Shown: positions 58,482 to 64,000 of the stretch, one piece after another
Position numbering within the stretch: position 1 is the first letter of the stretch
Layout of the letters: each line of letters begins with the position of its first letter
Source of the DNA: Alistipes sp.
GTDB lineage: Bacteria > Bacteroidota > Bacteroidia > Bacteroidales > Rikenellaceae
DNA: 64,000 nt
NCBI GenBank assembly: GCA_017520545.1
Contig: JAFXFM010000003.1
Location: 5,062 to 69,061 of the forward strand
Reading direction: 5' to 3'
The notes under the pieces: model-generated
The model's input: only the letters and a program-made list of their open reading frames with translations
What the model was told of the DNA's origin: nothing
Databases searched by the model: none
Program-made: the position numbers and the translations under genes

Positions 58482-58628
58482 AAACGGAAAGCGGAAAACG
58501 GAAAACTTTTAGTTTTTCGGTTGGAGCGGAAAGCGGACCCGACGACAAACCGAGAGCAGAGTGTGCTTGCACACTTTGCCGAGGTGCGAAGGAGGAAAAG
58601 CCTGCGGAGCAGGATTAAAACGGAAAAC
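58481..58628 (-). repeat. ~145-bp dispersed palindromic (REP/MITE-like) element, copy 2
   Basis: Reverse complement of 45870-46015 with only a few differences. Confidence 0.9.
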
Positions 58629-58672
58629 TAATAGGCTATTAACCATTAGCCATTGGCCATTAGCTTTTAATA

Positions 58673-58706
58673 AAATCCCCGAGCAAATCTCTCTGCTCGG
58701 GGAAAT
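58673..58706. terminator. Hairpin/terminator between sppA and the AT-rich cassette
   Basis: CCCCGAGCA-AATCTCTC-TGCTCGGGG. Confidence 0.7.
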
Positions 58707-58739
58707 TATTGATACTTTGTAAGTGTTGTTTCTTCTTTA

Positions 58740-59696
58740 TTAAAATTTATGGACCGCTCTCACATGATTTGGCTGCAAACCAAAGTATTTGTTTGATCCC
58801 AAACCACTCTGATTCGGTTTTGTTTTTGCTGTTCCTTCATACAATGCTCGACTTTGTTTATAATCGTAGCTATTTGTACTACCTAGCATCCATATAGTAT
58901 AATAATCACATTCTGTAGAAGATAGATATCCATAGACTCTAAACGGAGCATAATCAAACATCGGATATTGACCTAGGCTCTCAAAATATTGTTTTATTTG
59001 TTTCTGGGATTTCCACCCATCGGCCTCTTTTATTGGCTTACCATTGGCTAGGTTCCACACCTTCTCCAACTCTTCGATTGCCGGTAAATACCAACCTGCG
59101 CCCAATTCGCGACACCACTGAAATGCGGGAAAATTACTCCATGTCAGTGGGGTATTTTTAACAATCTCCTCTATTATTTTCATATTTTGCCAACCATCTA
59201 TTAAACTTCTCGCTTTTGTTTCGAAAACCTCCACTCTTTCTCCGTGCTTTACATATCCCCACGCAGTGTCGTCGCTCTCAACAAGCGAGATAATAAGCCC
59301 ATGACGACCATCATCTGTTGTGTGAATAACAACACCTTTTACACCTCCTTCGTCGAAAATTTCTCCAATGCGATATGCCCTACTAACTGGAGGATATGGA
59401 TATTCCCCTTTAGTAGAGGCATTAGCGAATTTTGGTTGTTGTATATTACTTGTTTGAGAGAAATTTTTGAAGGTTTCTCGATGCCCGTTAGCATAAGTTA
59501 CCGAAAAAATCTCTCCAAGGGGTAGAGAATACAATGGACCATCAGGCATTTCAGACTTACGGTATTTTAACTCTCCACCTCCTATTTCAACTACTTTACA
59601 TTTTATCTCTTCTGCCGACTTGAGCAAAATAACATCCTGTGCCGATACGCTAAATCCAAATGTAATTGCGGCTATTAAAAATATAACTCGTTTCAT
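58740..59696 (-). CDS. Secreted protein with small N-terminal beta module and DUF1566/CLec-like C-terminal domain
   Basis: Signal ..VSA-QDVILLK; KGVVIHTTDDGRHGLIIS, FPAFQWC..LGAGWYLPAIEEL, YLSSTE, terminal HVRAVHKF. Confidence 0.7.
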   Translation of the reverse strand: MKRVIFLIAAITFGFSVSAQDVILLKSAEEIKCKVVEIGGGELKYRKSEMPDGPLYSLPLGEIFSVTYANGHRETFKNFSQTSNIQQPKFANASTKGEYPYPPVSRAYRIGEIFDEGGVKGVVIHTTDDGRHGLIISLVESDDTAWGYVKHGERVEVFETKARSLIDGWQNMKIIEEIVKNTPLTWSNFPAFQWCRELGAGWYLPAIEELEKVWNLANGKPIKEADGWKSQKQIKQYFESLGQYPMFDYAPFRVYGYLSSTECDYYTIWMLGSTNSYDYKQSRALYEGTAKTKPNQSGLGSNKYFGLQPNHVRAVHKF

Positions 59697-59699
59697 ACT

Positions 59700-60614
59700 C
59701 TAAAAACTTCCTCCAAGAAATAAACCTACAATCATCGGGGCTCCCCCTTTATTATCAAAATCAAATTGTTGCAAGAAACTCAAAGAATATCTAATGCCAA
59801 TATTAAATTGTTTGAAGTGGAATCCTGCATCCATCGCGACACCAAACATTGTTTTAGTGCCCTCTCGTGCATCTTCCTTTACCTTTATTGCCCCCTCTCC
59901 TGTTTCTACTTTAGCAACCATCTTTGATGATACGGGCACACTCAAATAAAGCATACCCCTACAAAAAAACTTCATATCATTTGTTCGGAAAGAGTATCCC
60001 AGAAGAAAGTCTAAGCTACTAACATTAATAGGATGGTCCAAAATGGTTACTTCATATTGTTTGAAATTATATCCCAATCCTGCACACAATCCGCTACCAC
60101 TTTTTTTATTAGGAAAATATTCTGCTAATACATCTGCTCCCACGCTTAGGCCAGAATATCCCACATCATCTCCTCCGATTGCCATTCCAATAAACGGCTG
60201 TGGTGAGATATAGAATTTCTTTTTGTGCACATCTTGTTTAGTGCGTTGTTGCGCCTCTGTAATATGAGCATATTTTGAAGCCACAGTTGTCTCGTTTGCA
60301 TTTATAGAGGAAGCTGTGTCGCTCTCGGCAATACTCTGTGATGCAGATGTAGTAGATGATGTGGTAGTAGCTGTTTCAACCTTTGTAATAACCTCTTTTC
60401 TACCATTTTCGTAACGAATAATAAAAACTTCAGAACGAGGAACAGAATAGATTGGACCTTCCAAATTCTCGAATTTGTGATATTTAATCTCAGATGTTCC
60501 AATTTGCACAACTTTACTCTTTACTTCCGAGCCGTTGTGCATAATAATAATGTCCTGCGCAGAGAGTGTAAAGCAGGAAAACAGTGCTCCAAGAATAGTT
60601 AAAATTTTCTTCGT
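59700..60614 (-). CDS. Protein with the same N-terminal module, Thr/Ser linker and OMP beta-barrel; signal peptide begins at ACG instead of ATG
   Basis: The frame extends 24 codons upstream of the track start (60542): ACG-KKILTILGALFSCFTLSA-QDIIIMHNG..., preceded by an in-frame TAA; terminal strand VGLFLGGSF. Confidence 0.7.
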   Translation of the reverse strand, partial: TKKILTILGALFSCFTLSAQDIIIMHNGSEVKSKVVQIGTSEIKYHKFENLEGPIYSVPRSEVFIIRYENGRKEVITKVETATTTSSTTSASQSIAESDTASSINANETTVASKYAHITEAQQRTKQDVHKKKFYISPQPFIGMAIGGDDVGYSGLSVGADVLAEYFPNKKSGSGLCAGLGYNFKQYEVTILDHPINVSSLDFLLGYSFRTNDMKFFCRGMLYLSVPVSSKMVAKVETGEGAIKVKEDAREGTKTMFGVAMDAGFHFKQFNIGIRYSLSFLQQFDFDNKGGAPMIVGLFLGGSF

Positions 60615-60663
60615 CGTTTAAACTGTTTTTGCTTGCCCACCAACCCCGAATGAGGCATTAATA

Positions 60664-60882
60664 TAAAAAAGAAAGTGTGAGGTTGATTTTCGAATGTCTG
60701 ATTGAAGGTTGTGGAATACCCGAACTAAAACAAACGACTAATAATGCCCCACACCTGTATAGTATAGGGCTACGGCACAGAATATGCCATACCTACGTAT
60801 ACAAGAAATGAGCGCTGTTCGTTCTACCCTTAGTTCAGAAAACTTCCACATTTTCAATCAAGGAGTGCGAAAAACACTTTCT
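60664..60882 (-). promoter_or_regulatory. Long structured 5' leader (nested imperfect inverted repeat ending in a U-run)
   Basis: Arms 60670-60678/60874-60882, 60687-60692/60868-60873, 60699-60716/60844-60860, 60722-60728/60830-60836; promoter TATATTTG on minus strand at 60912-60919. Confidence 0.6.
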
Positions 60883-60988
60883 ATATGTCTGCAAATCTTC
60901 CGATTGCATTGCAAATATATAAATTATTTTCCATAGTTGCGTTATCGTGGGGGAATTTTTGCTAAATTTGCAGTAGGAAAAACTCTCC

Positions 60989-61085
60989 GTCATTGCGAGA
61001 GCCTTTTGGCTCGTGGCAATCTCTCGCTTTTTCCTTAATAACAATAAGGGAGATTCCCACAGTCGCTTTGCTCCTTCGGAATGAC
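60989..61085. repeat. Nested palindromic element of the GTCATTGCGAG...GTGGCAATCTC / GAGATT...CGGAATGAC type
   Basis: Terminal arms GTCATTGCGA/TCGGAATGAC (9/10) and inner arms GTGGCAATCTC/GAGATTCCCAC (10/11). Confidence 0.75.
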
Positions 61086-61125
61086 GATTATTTAAGAAAA
61101 AGACAATGGCTAATAGCCAAAAATT

Positions 61126-62202
61126 ATGAGAAATAGAATAAAAGAGTTGCTCAAAGGTGTTTTTCACCCCGAATTGGAGCAGGATATTGTAACGGCAGGA
61201 ATTTTTGAGGGTGCCGAGATTGAGGGGGAGAAGGTCGTTGTATCGCTTATCTTCCGCAAGGCTCGCGACCCCTTTGCCACAAAGATAAAGAGTAGGGTAG
61301 AGGAGACTATCTCCTCTGCCTTTCCTTCGTATAAGGTTACCGTAATTATAAAGGAGGGCGAGAAGAGTGTCGAGCGAGCCGCTAAAAATGCCGCTATCGA
61401 GGAGATGCACCAGTTCTCCACCACCGCAAATATCAAACACATTGTAGCCGTTGCTTCGGGCAAGGGTGGAGTGGGCAAATCGACCGTTACCGCCAACCTC
61501 GCCGTAGCGCTGGCAAAGGAGGGTTATAAAGTCGGAGTTCTCGATGCCGATATATATGGCCCTTCGCAGTCGAAGATGTTCGGTGTGGAGGATTATCTGC
61601 CCGATGCAAAGCAGGTTGATGGTCGCGACTATATCGTGCCTGCCGAGGTGGGTGGAATAAAGCTTATTTCGATAGCGATGTTTATCCGCAAGACCGATGC
61701 TTTGTTGTGGCGTGGCACGATGGCAAACAGCGCTTTGCGCCAACTTATCCACCAAACCGAGTGGGGAAATTTAGATTTTTTACTAATTGACCTTCCTCCG
61801 GGTACAGGCGACATACATTTGTCAATAATTAACGAATTACGTATTGGCGGAGCTATTATAGTTTCGACTCCTCAACAAGTGGCTGTGGCAGACGTAGTTC
61901 GAGGTGTTGAGATGTTCCGCAATCCGAATGTAAACATTCCGGTTTTGGGCGTTGTGGAGAATCTGTCGTGGTTTACGCCGGCGGAATTGCCAAACAACCG
62001 CTACTATATTTTCGGCAAGGGCGGAGCAGCACGATACGCCGAGGAAGTTGGAGTTGATTTATTAGGCGAAGTACCTATAATTCAAGACATTATGCAAGGC
62101 TCTGACGATGGAGAGCCGGCTGTAAACACCCACCCGCAAGTAGCCTCCATATATCAACAAATCGCAAAAAAGGTTGTTGATAAGATGGAGAAAATGTGTT
62201 GA
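61126..62202 (+). CDS. mrp: Mrp/NBP35 (ApbC) ATP-binding Fe-S cluster carrier
   Basis: VASGKGGVGKST, LDADIYGPS, WRG.MAN.AL.Q, DLPPGTGD, STPQQVA, VVENLS. Confidence 0.93.
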   Translation: MRNRIKELLKGVFHPELEQDIVTAGIFEGAEIEGEKVVVSLIFRKARDPFATKIKSRVEETISSAFPSYKVTVIIKEGEKSVERAAKNAAIEEMHQFSTTANIKHIVAVASGKGGVGKSTVTANLAVALAKEGYKVGVLDADIYGPSQSKMFGVEDYLPDAKQVDGRDYIVPAEVGGIKLISIAMFIRKTDALLWRGTMANSALRQLIHQTEWGNLDFLLIDLPPGTGDIHLSIINELRIGGAIIVSTPQQVAVADVVRGVEMFRNPNVNIPVLGVVENLSWFTPAELPNNRYYIFGKGGAARYAEEVGVDLLGEVPIIQDIMQGSDDGEPAVNTHPQVASIYQQIAKKVVDKMEKMC

Positions 62203-62600
62203 TAAGCGGTCGAAAACTTTTAATAAGTTGTAACAACTTTCAGGGTTTCGACAAAAGCTCCGATTTATTAAAATTTGTTGTTGTTTTTATTGGCAAAATA
62301 ATAATTACAATTGTTAAAAATAATCGGTGTTTATTTGTTAAAAGTAGTTATAAACATTTGTGGAAAAGTAGGGTAGATAGAGGCTCTATCAGCGACTTAG
62401 GAGAGAAATTTATAAATTTTTTCAAAAACTTAGGTTAGCAACTTTTTTCGGAAAAAAGATATCAACACTTTCAACAGCTATTATTGTTGTTATTTACTAT
62501 TTATATTTATTTATTATTTAATTTTAATTAAAAAGAAAATAACAATTAACGGGGTGTGAAAAATAAAATTTTTCGAGCCCAACGATACAACTTCCGACTT
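62175..62600. other. Probable chromosomal replication origin (oriC)
   Basis: DnaA-box-like TGTTGATAA (62175, 62197), TGTGGAAAA (62359), TGTGAAAAA (62555), ATATCAACA (62459); trinucleotide run and AT-rich tract 62478-62550; parS cluster and mnmG 10 kb away. Confidence 0.72.
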
Positions 62601-62641
62601 TTTACTATCTTTACATTTGTAAATAAAAAATATCACGCAAA

Positions 62642-64000
62642 ATGAGAAGTGATTTTTTGGTTATAGGTTCCGGCTCGGCAGGATTGAGCTTTGCTCTAAA
62701 AGTAGCCGACACAGCAACGGTTACAATCGTTACCAAAGGTAAACTCGATGAGTGTAATACCAACTATGCGCAGGGTGGAATATGCTCTGTAACCTACGCG
62801 CCCGATACATTCGAGAAACATATTGAAGATACGCTGGTTTGTGGCGCAGGAAAGTGCGATCGGAAGGCTGTCGAACTCGTTGTTCGCAACGCTCCGCAGT
62901 CGGCGGAGGATTTGATTCGCTGGGGTACACGTTTTGATCGCCGCGAAGATGGAAGTTTTGATCTTCATCGCGAGGGTGGACACTCCGAGCATCGTATTCT
63001 TCACTATCAGGACCTCACGGGTGCCGAGATTGAAAGAGCTCTTATTGAGCAGGTGCGCAATCACCCTAATATAACCATTTTGGAGGATCATTTTGCTGTC
63101 GATTTGCTTACACAACACCACCTCGGCGAGATTGTTACTCGCCACACACGAGGCTTGGCTTGCTTTGGAGCCTATGTTCTCAACACGCAGACAAATGAGA
63201 TTTTCACAGCTCTCGCCAAGTTTACGGTCGTAGCGGCAGGAGGTTGCGGAAATATCTATAATACCACTACAAATCCGGGCGTTGCTACGGGCGACGGTAT
63301 CGCTATGTGCCACCGAGCTAAGGCGAAGACCGAGAATATGCAGTTTATACAGTTCCACCCAACGGCACTTTATCACCTGGGTGAGCGTCCTTCGTTCCTT
63401 ATAACCGAGGCGATGCGTGGATATGGTGCAGTGCTTCGATTGCAAAACGGCAAGGAGTTTATGCACAAGTATCACCCGATGCGTTCATTGGCTCCGCGCG
63501 ATGTTGTAGCTCGCTCTATTGACCACGAATTAAAGATACGTGGTGAGGAGTTTGTCTATCTCGACGTAACGCATATGCCTGCCGAAGAGACAAAACACCA
63601 CTTCCCTAACATATATGAGAAGTGTCTGTCTATAGGAATTGATATAACGAAGGATATGATACCTGTATGCCCTGCGGCGCACTACTGTTGCGGAGGAGTG
63701 AAGGTTGATTATAATGGAGAGAGCTCTATTCGTCGCCTCTATGTCTTGGGAGAGAGTAGTTGTACAGGGCTGCACGGAGCAAACCGTTTGGCATCGAACT
63801 CTCTTACTGAGGCTTTTGTATATTCGGATATCGCTGCACGCCACGCACTCGAAAAGTTGGATAAGGTGGATTTTCAGGAGGGTATTCCCGATTGGGACTT
63901 CGAGGGTACGGCCGAAGCAGAGGAGATGGTCTTGGTTATGCAGGATAGAAAGGAGTTGCGTTCGATAATGTCTAACTACGTGGGCATTGTGCGCTCAAAC
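62642..64000 (+). CDS. nadB: L-aspartate oxidase (partial, runs off the window; absent from the ORF track)
   Basis: Hand translation: MRSDFLVIGSGSAGLSFAL, NTNYAQGGI, REGGHSEHRILH, TGDGIAM, FIQFHPT, LITEAMRG, LAPRDVVAR, GLHGANRLASNSL. Confidence 0.96.
   Translation, partial: MRSDFLVIGSGSAGLSFALKVADTATVTIVTKGKLDECNTNYAQGGICSVTYAPDTFEKHIEDTLVCGAGKCDRKAVELVVRNAPQSAEDLIRWGTRFDRREDGSFDLHREGGHSEHRILHYQDLTGAEIERALIEQVRNHPNITILEDHFAVDLLTQHHLGEIVTRHTRGLACFGAYVLNTQTNEIFTALAKFTVVAAGGCGNIYNTTTNPGVATGDGIAMCHRAKAKTENMQFIQFHPTALYHLGERPSFLITEAMRGYGAVLRLQNGKEFMHKYHPMRSLAPRDVVARSIDHELKIRGEEFVYLDVTHMPAEETKHHFPNIYEKCLSIGIDITKDMIPVCPAAHYCCGGVKVDYNGESSIRRLYVLGESSCTGLHGANRLASNSLTEAFVYSDIAARHALEKLDKVDFQEGIPDWDFEGTAEAEEMVLVMQDRKELRSIMSNYVGIVRSN

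Noticed and set aside
62196-62438. 80-aa ORF after mrp
   Set aside because: Lies in the putative oriC; AT-rich with no protein motif.
1-64000. tRNA, rRNA, transposase, integrase, reverse transcriptase or phage genes
   Set aside because: None recognised by eye; a tRNAscan/HMM run would be needed to exclude diverged cases.

Overview
Core-genome region of a Bacteroidales chromosome, most like Alistipes/Rikenellaceae. This is inferred from gene content, TAnnTTTG -7 promoters and lipoprotein-rich accessory genes. It carries about 52 CDS, including housekeeping genes murA, folE, rdgB, pckA, cmk, ispH, rnpA, yidD, ppdK, pheS, ybeY, mnmG, ilvE, metG, sppA, mrp and nadB (partial). Non-coding features are the RNase P RNA gene (rnpB), a probable oriC between mrp and nadB, and three parS-like palindromes about 10 kb from it. 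The most unusual elements are: (1) a four-gene operon joining a chorismatase/Rid-like gene to a Planctomycete/Verrucomicrobia-type DUF1549-DUF1553 / DUF1501 / PPC-domain module, which has lost the CxxCH motif and carries Sec-type signals, convergent with an MBOAT + 2x DHHW O-acetylation operon; (2) a ~131-bp-period mosaic array behind rnpB containing direct and inverted copies of the rnpB 3' end and alternating terminator hairpins; (3) an AT-rich two-gene cassette with a ~215-nt structured leader and an ACG where the start codon should be; (4) several families of intergenic repeats; (5) an unannotated 59-aa PAEA-repeat lipoprotein and a family of acidic surface lipoproteins. No tRNA, rRNA, CRISPR-cas, transposase or integrase was recognised. 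All calls come from motif reading; no database search was run.
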